Program-made: the position numbers and the translations under genes
Shown here: piece by piece, positions 53,752 through 64,000 of the stretch
How positions within the stretch are numbered: the first letter of the stretch is position 1
Layout of the letters: every line of letters starts with the position of its first letter
NCBI GenBank assembly: GCA_053919585.1
Contig: CM132787.1
DNA length: 64,000 nucleotides
Origin: Euprymna scolopes
Taxonomy: Eukaryota
Direction: 5' to 3' (one strand)
Notes under the pieces: model-generated
Seen by the model: only the letters and a program-made list of their open reading frames with translations
Told to the model about the DNA's origin: nothing
The model's database searches: none

Positions 53752-54588
53752 TTGTCTGATTTTGATTTGCTTTACATGGGTATATTCTGATTTGCTTTAC
53801 ATGGATATATTTTTATTTGCTTTACATTGGTATATTTTGATTTGCTTTACATGGGTATATTTTGATTTGCTTTACATGGATATATTCTGATTTACTTTAC
53901 ATGGGTATATTTTGATTTGCTTTACATGGGTATATTTTGTTTTGCTTTACATGGGTATATTTTGTTTTGCTTTACATGGGTATATTTTGATTTGGTTTAC
54001 ATGGGTATATTCTGATTTACTTTACATGGGTATATTTTGATTTGCTTTACATGGGTATATTTTGATTTGCTTTACATGGGTATATTTTGATTTGCTTTAC
54101 ATGGGTATATTTGGATTTGCTTTACATGGGTATATTCTGATTTGCTTTACATGGGTATATTTTGTTTTGCTTTACATGGGTATATTTTGTTTTGCTTTAC
54201 ATGATTATATTCTGATTTGCTTTACATGGGTATATTTTGATTTGCTTTACATGGGTATATTTTGATTTGCTTTACATGGGTATATTTTGATTTGCTTTGC
54301 ATGGGTATATTTTGATTTGCTTTACATGGGTATATTTTGTTTTGCTTTACATGGGTATATTTTGTTTTGCTTTACATGGGTATATTTTGATTTGCTTTAC
54401 ATGGGTATATTTTGATTTGCTTTACAAGGGTATATTTTGTTTTGCTTTACATGGGTATATTTTGATTTGCTTTACATGAGTATTTTTTGATTTTCTTTAC
54501 ATGGGTATATTTTGATTTGCTTTACATGGGTATATTTTGTTTTGGTTTACATGAGTATATTTTGATTTGCTTTACATGGTTATATTTT
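53752..54588 (+). repeat. 25-bp minisatellite, ~33 copies (tgatttgctttacatgggtatattt)
   Basis: Strict 25-nt period; the pattern recurs every 300 nt in the listing. Units carry few variant positions and there are no spacers. Confidence 0.97.
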
Positions 54589-56537
54589 TGGCATATGTAA
54601 GATGTTATAAATGCTTTCGCTAATATTTTAAACGCCGAGTAAAGAACATCATGTAAATAATCATTTCCGATTAAAAAATATCTAATATTTTATGAACAAT
54701 AATTGTGGATTATGAATTAATTTTTTTTGTCACCAACTAAGAAGGTAATTTATTATAAATTAATCATGATAATGTAATATGCCTTTCATTCTCTTATACC
54801 CCAATGTATTATCGGTTATTGAATTGCAGATAATTTTAAAGCGGGTATTTAAATCTATTTACAACTCTAATTATCCCCTACACAAAGCACATTACACTGA
54901 GATATAGAGGGCTACTGTGAATGAGGAACTACGTATAGAAAGGGCGTTTTACATTTTGAGTTGAGTAGGGATATGTTTATTTTTATTTTCTTTACATTAA
55001 GACAGAAGGTAATACTAACGACTAGAAATTCGAGAATGGAATTATGAAAATAGAAATTCCCTGAGAACCTAGCGACCTCAAAAATGAATGGATACAATTG
55101 AGCCTATTATCCCATGAATACGTTGTGTTTTATTCGTTGGGGCGAAAATAAGATCACCATGGCATATTTCACTAACATAATTGAGATTCAGATGCGATGA
55201 AGCCTTGTGCTTAGAATATATTAAAAACATATACTTTATAGATTTAGTCACATATACGTTATAGATTTAGTCAACGTATCAAAAGTCAGTTATGTACTAA
55301 CCCGAATGTGACAAAAATCAAGGTGAATTATACTTAATCTATTATACATATCGGGTGCTGAAAGGTGAGGAAACATGTAAATACCAATATTTAATCATTT
55401 TTATTAACGTATTACTAGTAAAAATTGTTCTCCCCTCTCTCTCTCTCTCTCTCTTTCTCTCCCTTTCTCCCTCTCTTCCTCTCTTTAATGGAAAAAAGCA
55501 CGGTCTTAATTTTCGTGTTTACGCATTGTAAGAAATTGTGATACTGGAGTATTGTCCTACTTTAATGAAAATCGGAATAAACCTTCACAAGCAAAAAAAA
55601 AAAACAACAAAACACAGCAAAATATTATTCAGCTAGACTATTCACCGCATTAGAAGTCGAATGGCACTAGAGAAAATATATTTGAATTTGAGTTTGAAGT
55701 AATACCAAATTCTATGCTAGATTTGCCCCCAAACTCAAATACCAATTTTCAGAGCCTCAAAACAATGTTCTAGAGGAAAGGATGTGTAAGACTGATAGAC
55801 ATGATATGATAGATTCAAGCATAGTTTGAAGTCAGAGATGAACCGTTTTACAAATAAAATCATCGAACTGAAAACGAGCATTATGATCAATGTATTAACG
55901 CCATGTTTATGAATGAGGTCAAACATTGCGTAATTTTGTATTTTATTTGTAAGGTGTTTTGAGTGATCAGGTTATAACTATTGTATATATATATATCTAT
56001 ATATATGTATATATATATATATATATACACATATATATATTTGTGCGTTTGTGTGTCGGTTTGTTCGTTTTTTGTTTGTGAGTATGAATGTAAAACTATA
56101 AATTTAAGCACTATTAACGCTGATTTCAGTTCTTTGTTCCAAGGTCATGTGACGTGCCATCTTTATGATTTGATCGGAATCATCACTCGCGTTAATGACG
56201 GTTTTTGAGACAATCATTAACTCACAAACTATGGACTTATTTCCGATCTTTATGAATGACTAGCAGATTCATATCGATACGATGATTTGTGGTAAATTGG
56301 CGAGTGGCTTCGACAGATGAAATGATGCAGATACAAAGTTATCGGTTATGTTCATAAATCAATACAACCCATTTCAAGGTTTACGTTTTTCGCGATTCTA
56401 AGCCAAGTTTGAAAGTAACCAATAAAAATGCATCTCAAATTATATACCTTTCTTTATCACTCTTGCTCCTTTTCTTTCTCTCTCTCCCATTGTCTATGTC
56501 TGTCTGTCTGCCTATCTTTCTCTATATATATATACAT

Positions 56538-56573
<36 letters not shown>

Positions 56574-57438
56574 TTATGTGTGTATGTGTGTGTGTGTGTG
56601 TGTGTGTAAGAGATTATTTTTAATAACTGGATACTTATTAAAATTTAAGCAAATCTGATTAAGATATTATTTGAAAAAATGCCAATTTGTGAATAGATGG
56701 TGCCGGTAATTGAAAGTTACAATGTTTGTAACGTAATGATTTACATTTACAAATAAATATTATGTATATATAATTATGATTTACAATGCAGACATATGCC
56801 AACAATATATTATTCATCAATTTTCTAAGGTGATGAATTGAATTATCACTCAGTTTATGTTATAACAATTAACTTTAATATTTGCAGAGGTGAAAATGCG
56901 AACACATGACTTTATTGTCACAAAAATGTGAGCATAAGGCCAATTATATAATCACCTCTACTCTACTAGAATAAATAACTAGAATGTGATGAAGAGTTAG
57001 AGACAAGAGTACATCGGGTTTATCAAAGGATTATTAAGAAATACAACTTTCATTGAAAATACCGCCAGGTCAAATTGTTGGCTTTGTATGCAGAAGTTGG
57101 CACATAACTGAGATGCCTTTAACACAAGTGTTCCTTCATTAAATCAAGTATATATCCTATGGTATACATAAAGTTGATATATTTTAAGCATGTATACTGG
57201 ATGTTATTTGTAGACTCTCTTTTGCAGTATATACCAATTGTTTACATCTATCTATGCATCTCCAGTAACAGAAGTTGGGTGAATATTTTGTATGCCAAAC
57301 AGACTCTGGAATGTAAAAGTCAGAAACCAATTCCTTGTAAGGCATGAAAATTGGTAATTAAACTATTTTCATATGAAATATAAAAATAAAGGCAGAATAT
57401 ATGTTATTCGAAATTAACCTATTTTCAAAGTTGGATTT

Positions 57439-57470
57439 TGCAATATGTTTACTCCATAATGGGGAAGGAT

Positions 57471-57531
<61 letters not shown>

Positions 57532-58776
57532 ATGGAAAGGTACCCCAGCAGAAATAGAAAACGTACCGATTTTTTTGTGGCCGACAACATGAAAGATTAT
57601 CAACTCGACAATTACTATTGCATGGAAAATACATCAAAACGCTTTAACGAAGCAATTAATTCAGAACATTGTGAGCAACGAAAATTAGCAATGAAAAAGG
57701 AAATAGATTCTTTAACTCAAAATTATACCTACGTGATAGTACCCCTCCCAAAAGATAAACATTTTATTTCTACAAGAGGTGTATTTACAAAAAAAGAATA
57801 CAACATCAGGCGTTGAACAGTACAAAGCTATATTTGTTGCTAAATAATATTTCTCTACGTTTTTACCGACCACAAACCTAACGACAATCAGAATTTTGTT
57901 CAAAATCGCATCGCAATCTGACCTAAACATCCATCAAATGGACATAAACATGCTTATTTGAATGTCCCAATACACTGTGAAGTTTATCTCATCCGTCCAG
58001 AGGAATTAATACTGAAAAATAAAAGTAGCGCGTGGCGAATTAACAGTCATTGTACGGTCTAAAGCAGAGTGCTCCGTATTCCATGATTATATGATTAAAC
58101 AACAACAATTTAAACAATGCCCAGGAGGCCCCTGTTTATTTATATGTATATTTATTTATATGTATATATGTAGCATTCTTTAACTAAACTACATAATCAA
58201 ATTCAGGAAATGTCTTCATTTTTCACATGCCCACCCCGTTTTAAGGTAAAAATACAATTCTATGTTTTATTTCTCTTTTCTGTACACATATATATAAATG
58301 TTTGGCATTTGAAGAAATGTAAAAGTGGCTTCTTTTTACATACTAAAATTTTAAGAACCAAATAATTTCGTATTTTGTTATGTACAATTGAATATAAAAT
58401 ATATATTTATTTTTGAAGAGTATGAAACAAAGGAACCTCCCGATTATTAAAAAAATAGGGGGGTGCAATATTTTTACTCCATAATGGGGTATGACCCCGA
58501 ACAGTCGGTAGATTCTATTTATAAACAACGCTGCTATGAACTGACGAATCGAATTAATTCACGTTCTGCTACTAACCAATCAGAAACCAGACTTGGTCCA
58601 TCAATATTAACCCTTTTATGGTAACTTTGCACATATTTTCTTCGTGTCAACACAGGAAGAAGCTTTTGCTCTGTGGATTCGAACTCGAGAAATGTCTATT
58701 GCGAACCAGTCACCCCTTGGACTTGTGTAGAACAACTAAACATGGGAAACTGTTCTGAGAATAAACATGGCTTACA
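57439..58776 (+). mobile_element. Internally deleted Ty1/copia LTR retrotransposon
   Basis: RT fragments (FNEAINSEH...AMKKEIDSL...IHQMDI...LYGLKQS) at 57530-58140. PPT aaaaataggggggg is followed by TGCAATAT... at 58464, whose first 26 nt recur at 57439 (5' LTR stub). The 3' LTR end (aataaa...cttaCA ~58776) is inferred. Confidence 0.8.
57472..57531 (+). repeat. (GAT)20 microsatellite
   Basis: Read directly. Confidence 0.97.
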
Positions 58777-59408
58777 CTTTTATAAGTTTACAAGTAACGT
58801 ATGAAAAATTAATTGAATTTGGATCTAACCATTTCCTTGGAATCATTTAGCGTTCAACACATTTTGTTTAAATAAATACAATAATCCAAATGCAAAGTAA
58901 ATATAAAAAGGTAAAATACTGAGGAAAATATATTGAATGAAATTATTATGAAAATATAAAATAAATATTAGTCATTATAATAATTTGAATAAATGCTGTA
59001 ATATTCATAAGAAATACAAATAATATTATGATTTTAATCCGAGTTAGAAAAATAGTGCTTTGTGATAACAAAGAATTGGCGTTTACAAGATTAAACCTAA
59101 ATAAAAACAAAGAGAATATCATTATAATTACATGCAAAATGAGAATTACATCATGAGTCGGTATGAAAAATCTTTTAATTAGTTTATGAAAAGTTATTTC
59201 AAATTAACTAACTTGATTGAACAATAAGCTGATAAAATTACGTTAAAACAAAGTATTGGAAAATAACATTTCATTAAGCACATTTAAACTGACAAAACTG
59301 TTTGCCAGAATGCCCCATTTGCTTAATTGCAATATCAAAACTACTAATTCATGTATTGTACACATAAATACACTTATAATTATCTAATTAATAAGGAACA
59401 TTTATTTA

Positions 59409-60085
59409 TTTCGGCTAACTATTCCTCTGGCATTTGTCAGGAGGTAAGACGAGAACAACTACGGATGGCAGTGATGACTGAGAATGCAGTTAGGTTCCTA
59501 TCCGTCGCGGTTACCACCTTACGAAGGACAGAGGAATACTTGGCCGAAACGTCGTGAAACAACAACTAATAAAGATGAGACTAATAGTCCGCAATAAATA
59601 AATTAATATAAAAAAAATATCTCAATAATGAATTTCAATTAAATAATATATATACCATTCGGTACGGATCCGATCATGGAAGATCAGATAATAAATAAAC
59701 GTGGATTTATAAGATCCAAAAAACCCACCTGGATCTCCCTTCGGGACCCGTGGCGCAGTTGATAGAGACGTTGAATCTCTACGTTCCAGATGAGCATTGT
59801 CTGACGATAGAAGATTCAATTCAACGCAAAGCCAGCCAGAGGCTTACTTGGCCAAAAAACGTGGTGAAATGACGGCAACAACTACGAATGGTCGTGATTG
59901 CTGAGAATGCAGTTAGGAGATTCGAAGTTCCTATCCGTCGTAGTTACTGCCTGACGAAGGACAGAGGAATACTTGGCCGAAACCTCGTGAAACATCAACT
60001 AATAAAGATGAGAACAATAGTCCGCAATAAATAAATTAATATAAATAATACTCATCTCAATAATAAATTCAATTAAAATAATATA
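59409..60085 (+). mobile_element. Retrozyme/Penelope-like non-autonomous element with repeated hammerhead motifs
   Basis: Direct repeats at 59454-59650 and 59877-60085 (period ~433 at GAAAC), an inverted partial copy at 59409-59447 and a diverged middle copy at 59801-59870. Each has C(T)GACGA...GGCC-GAAA-like elements. Confidence 0.7.
59936..59990 (+). ncRNA. Hammerhead ribozyme motif (core intact)
   Basis: GUC(59937-9)-GUAG-UUA-CUGC-CUGACGA-A-GGACAG..UUGGCC-GAAAC. Confidence 0.6.
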
Positions 60086-60138
60086 AATAGAATTGTTGAT
60101 AATATTATTATATTTTCTTCCTTTGAAGATTGTAATTC

Positions 60139-60360
60139 TGGGTATTGGTCAGACAAACCATCTGCCAACATTGCTCTGTTTTTATTAAAACTAACCGATA
60201 GCTATTTTTAGTATCCTCCCTGTTCCCTTAGGAAGTATACTAAAAAGACCTCTCGGTTGGTTCAATAAAAGGCAGAGCAATGTTGCCAGCTGGTTTGGCT
60301 GCCCCATACCCTGCCAACATTGCCCTGCTTTTTATTGAAACCAACCGAGAGCTCTTTTTT
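60139..60360. repeat. A / inverted-A / A triplicated ~70-bp unit
   Basis: ctgccaacattgctctgtttttattaaaactaaccga, then its reverse complement tcggttggttcaataaaaggcagagcaatgttgccag, then ctgccaacattgccctgcttttattgaaaccaaccga again. Confidence 0.85.
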
Positions 60361-61079
60361 ATGAATAATAATTATAATGGTTATATTGAAAATCAAAACG
60401 ATAATAAGTAGTATATATCATTAAGCCGACTATATCATCGATAAAAATTTTCTAGACACAAATGAACAATTAAAGAATTTTCACCTTATTTTGAATAAAT
60501 TTTATACTTAGGTGCTAATATTTCAATGCGATAATTATGAGATAATTTCAAGAATTGTAAATATATTTTAATGAAGTGTTTTGTGCTAGCCAAAATGATG
60601 GAACTGACAATTTGTCCTTTTGAGGTGTGTGGTATTTTGATCACATTATTTTAAGATATTTCCTAGAATAATATATCGTGGTATATAAATTGGCGATTAG
60701 ATCGATATATTTGGTAACGCTATGATCAATGATTATTGTTTTCTGATTTTAATAATGAAAACAATTGAGATTATAATACTTGTAAGTATATATTTAAACT
60801 GGCCAGCAAAATAATTGTCATGGTACCTAAGATGTTTCAACTGTTTTTTCTACATTTGATTGCGCTGATTCCAGAGATGCCGTCAGTTGTTGTTTTTTTT
60901 TTTTAACAAAGTTAGTTTTTTCTGCAATGGTATACCCTTTCTGTGAGAAGCTGATAGCCGCAATATGAACAGGCAAATCGAAGAAATAATATGTTTTGTG
61001 TAATTTAAACACATCTTCATAAAATAACACCAAGGTGTTGACAATTAAAGCTTAAGTTGAACTAAATGCTAAACATAGA

Positions 61080-62370
61080 CAGCATCATACAAAAATTGAT
61101 GTTTTACTGTTGTTTGCAAGCACGGTGGCTTCCAAACGACTTTGATAACGAAGTTACATGTCGCTGATAATTTGTAGGAAGCGCTTTCCTTTGCTCGTCA
61201 CTCACATGACCTAGTCTTATGGAAATCGGGCAAGAGAGTTGGGTAAAAAATGTAACCGGATGCTAATAGGGTGCTCTGCTGTTGAGTAATGTTTCCATAA
61301 TCTCTTTGAAGTTGAGCACTTATATTTTTCAAGAAAAATCTTGCTATATTCGTAAACGCTCTCCAGGCACTCAATTCTGCAGGATACATTAACTTACAAA
61401 AATGTTCGTCATTCATTAAAATATGAATCTTAGGTGTATCAAAAATTCCAGCTTTTAATATATCTATTTTTGGGCATGAGAAATATATTTGAGACGGTTG
61501 CCATCTTTCTCAAGTGCCTTCACAAAGTGTTTAGTGATGACAAGCTTTAAAGGAAGTGGAGGAAACACAATTTTGCAACGCACAAATATAGACGAATCAA
61601 GAGCATTTTATGTAGCCACATGATCCATTGGTGCTGTCTGTATGAATCTTTTTCAGAAGAATATTAATTCCATCCAAATTTTCTATGAGAGTCGTTGAAT
61701 GGCCTATAGGTCTGGTCCAAATATTTTGTCACTGTAAAGAAGGACACCTTTTAAACTTCTTTTTGACCTATTTGTGAAAAGGTGCCTATCTTAAGAATAA
61801 TACTTTCGACACCATGCTGCCTAACCGGCCGTTAACGTCGTTGCAATATAGTATGTAATTTTCGTAGGTAAAATATGGAAGGAATTCAATATAGCGGTTT
61901 CTATTGTAAGTTATAAGACCTCACATCTGAAGGTGAGTTTTTTAGGGGGGTCCTGAAGCTACAAGTAGTGGTAGTTAAGATGGAGGAAAACCGACATATG
62001 AAACAGTAGCAATAGGAATTTAATTGCAATGTGGAATAATTGTAGACTTGAAGTTTGGATAAACCAACGAATCTCAGCTATTTATGCTTATTCCATTAGT
62101 TTGGACTGCACAAGCTAGCAGCTATCGAAATGTGTTTTTATCAGCTCAGGCCCGACCATTGGAAGTACAAATCGTAGTGACATTCTATTATTTTTTTCTC
62201 TACTGTTGAAGTTTCTCAACATATTGCTTGCATACGAAATAAGGTGTCCCCGGCCTATCTTTATTCCCCAACATTACTTGGAAGGAAGGAAATTCAGCGC
62301 ACTATACAAATCCACATAAGTCTATTCCATTTTTGAATCTGACATATATTTTTCGCAATTATAGCGAAAC
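61080..62370 (-). pseudogene. Degenerate Chapaev3-like (CMC superfamily) DNA transposase
   Basis: Minus-strand fragments GNKDRPGTPYFVCKQ, RHLFTNRSKRSLKGVLL, PPLPLKLVITKHFVKAL, MNDEHFCKLMYPAELSAWRAFTNIARFFL and SDEQ, in the order expected for this family. Confidence 0.7.
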
Positions 62371-63884
62371 AAAGTCGCCTAGGAATATGCCTAATTTTTG
62401 CTACAAAAATCTGCAACGAACGTAATTGGTGTAGTGTCATTATTCCCTGTTTGACTAGGAAATTAATTCCGCGAATTTAGAGATTAAACTTTTATTAACT
62501 GAGAAATCGACAAAAGCATAACACAATATGTAGGCCTATTTACTACTCAGCGTCCCCTTCTTACCAACTACATACCTTTTTGCATAGACAACTTACCTTT
62601 TACTTTAGGATTTGTGATGTCATGATGAACGCACACCACAATGACAACCTACAATTCTAATTATTCAACTAGAATAGAAACACGCCAAATATGCCGTCGT
62701 CACACGCATATACGCTTCAAAATCATATAAGCTATTCTTAATAATATCCTGAAAATACGATGTTAAATTAGTAAATAATCTACAAGTATGTTTATTTATA
62801 AAGTAAATGTAAAAACTGAAAGAAAAAAATGACGGATATGACAAGGCAAAAACAATAACAGCAAATGCGAGTAGAAAAATTAATGGTTGTAAGAAATCGA
62901 AAGATTAAATATGCTCGTCAATATATAGAACAGGGAATGTCATGTTTCATGACAAAGTAAACTAACACATTATCCAGATGAATAATTGAGTAATACATAC
63001 CGTTGATAGAGGGGATATGAGAAAAGAAAGACGGGGGTTGTGTCGACGGCGGTTGCAAAAAAGGGTGTAAATTAAACTGAAATAGAAAGTTAATAAGACT
63101 TTAAATTTTTTGCGGAGTAACTAAAAGGGAGATAAAGGGTTAATACTGAGAGCCAAAACACTCAATTATAAGGTAGAAAAGGTATAATGTAACAAATATT
63201 TCATCAATGATGAAAAAAACATAATATGATTTACGAGATCAGCACAGCCAAAGATGATAAAATCAGCATAGATATCGTGATGTTGGTCAGGGTTATTTTT
63301 TCCATGAGGCTGAATATATAGTGCGAACTGAGTCATACGTAACGAATAAATATAAAAAAATAATTTGAAAATTACGAAAACGCAATTTATAACTTGGAAG
63401 TTAACCATTGTAAAATTTGTAAAATGCAATATAAAGATTATTTTCTTGTGGAAAAAACGATTTATTAAAAATATTGTGTCATAAGAAGCATTGGATTATA
63501 TTCAATTTCACTAAAGTCTTCCTCACATTTAGAATACACCTTGTCGATATATTTTCGCAAATAAAATGGACCTAATTTATCATGGCTTGATAAACTTGAA
63601 GTGCCAAAAATGTGATCTGAAATAGCCCATTTAATTTTTTACGAAAATCATTGGATTCAATGTGCTAAGTATTTCATAACCATAAGGACATTGATGCTAT
63701 GTAGATTTAAATGACGAAGAGTTTGTTTGTTTCAGCTTCTTTCACTGTGAAAAGTAAATAATTACATTAAATATACATTCAGTTCTCAAGCATAACAGAA
63801 ATGAAAAAAAAATCTTAGTTAAAAATTATAATTTTGCCCTCATTAATAGACATCCACAAAGTATTAAATACACTAAAACGATAG

Positions 63885-63980
63885 TAACTGTCTGTATTTT
63901 GGAGATGAGGTGTTTTCATTTATTGAGATTGTCGGACTGACTTCCTCATATTGGTTGTTATAGTCACAACGTTTCGGCCT
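63885..63980 (-). mobile_element. Truncated copy of the hammerhead-bearing repeat family
   Basis: Minus strand aggccGAAACGTTGTGactataacaaccaatatgaggaagtcagtccg...ctcatctc matches the 3' half of the 59.5/60.0 kb units. Confidence 0.7.
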
Positions 63981-64000
63981 GTAATAATAATAAAGGATTG

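Noticed and set aside
53752-54588. CRISPR-like array
   Set aside because: Head-to-tail units with no spacers, no cas genes and a eukaryotic context: a minisatellite.
643-56658. Many short ORFs rich in YIYI, VCVC or X
   Set aside because: Translations of (TA)n/(TG)n microsatellites or N-gaps.
57358-57637. Poly-Met, poly-His and poly-Ile ORFs
   Set aside because: Different frames of the (GAT)20 microsatellite.
59745-59825. tRNA gene (TGGCGCAGTTG A-box-like)
   Set aside because: No cloverleaf; better explained as a diverged unit of the hammerhead repeat family.

Overview
AT-rich, (TA)n-microsatellite-rich eukaryotic (animal) genomic DNA with nine N-gaps. The repeat families and the receptor suggest a mollusc, possibly a coleoid cephalopod; this is inference only. 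The only clear host gene is the first coding exon (TM1-TM5/ICL3, 49291-50034) of a class A neuropeptide GPCR of the RYamide/luqin receptor type, with probable 5'UTR exons upstream. The TM6-7 exon was not found in the window. The rest is mostly decayed or nested transposable elements: three copies of a CR1/L2-group LINE (one inserted in a Tc1 transposase, one abutting it), a BEL/Pao LTR retrotransposon, a Penelope-like element with an inverted terminal repeat, an L1/Tx1 fragment, a deleted copia element, mariner-type and Chapaev-like transposase relics, non-autonomous Helitrons, SINEs, a 25-bp minisatellite and several palindromes. Most interesting: (1) the BEL/Pao element carries a TAF3-like (H3K4me3-reader-type) PHD finger at the extreme C-terminus of pol, after integrase; (2) a cluster of four hammerhead-ribozyme-derived motifs in a retrozyme/Penelope-like direct-plus-inverted repeat at 59.4-60.1 kb, with related relics elsewhere; (3) a perfect 318-bp-arm palindrome at 17.5-18.1 kb.
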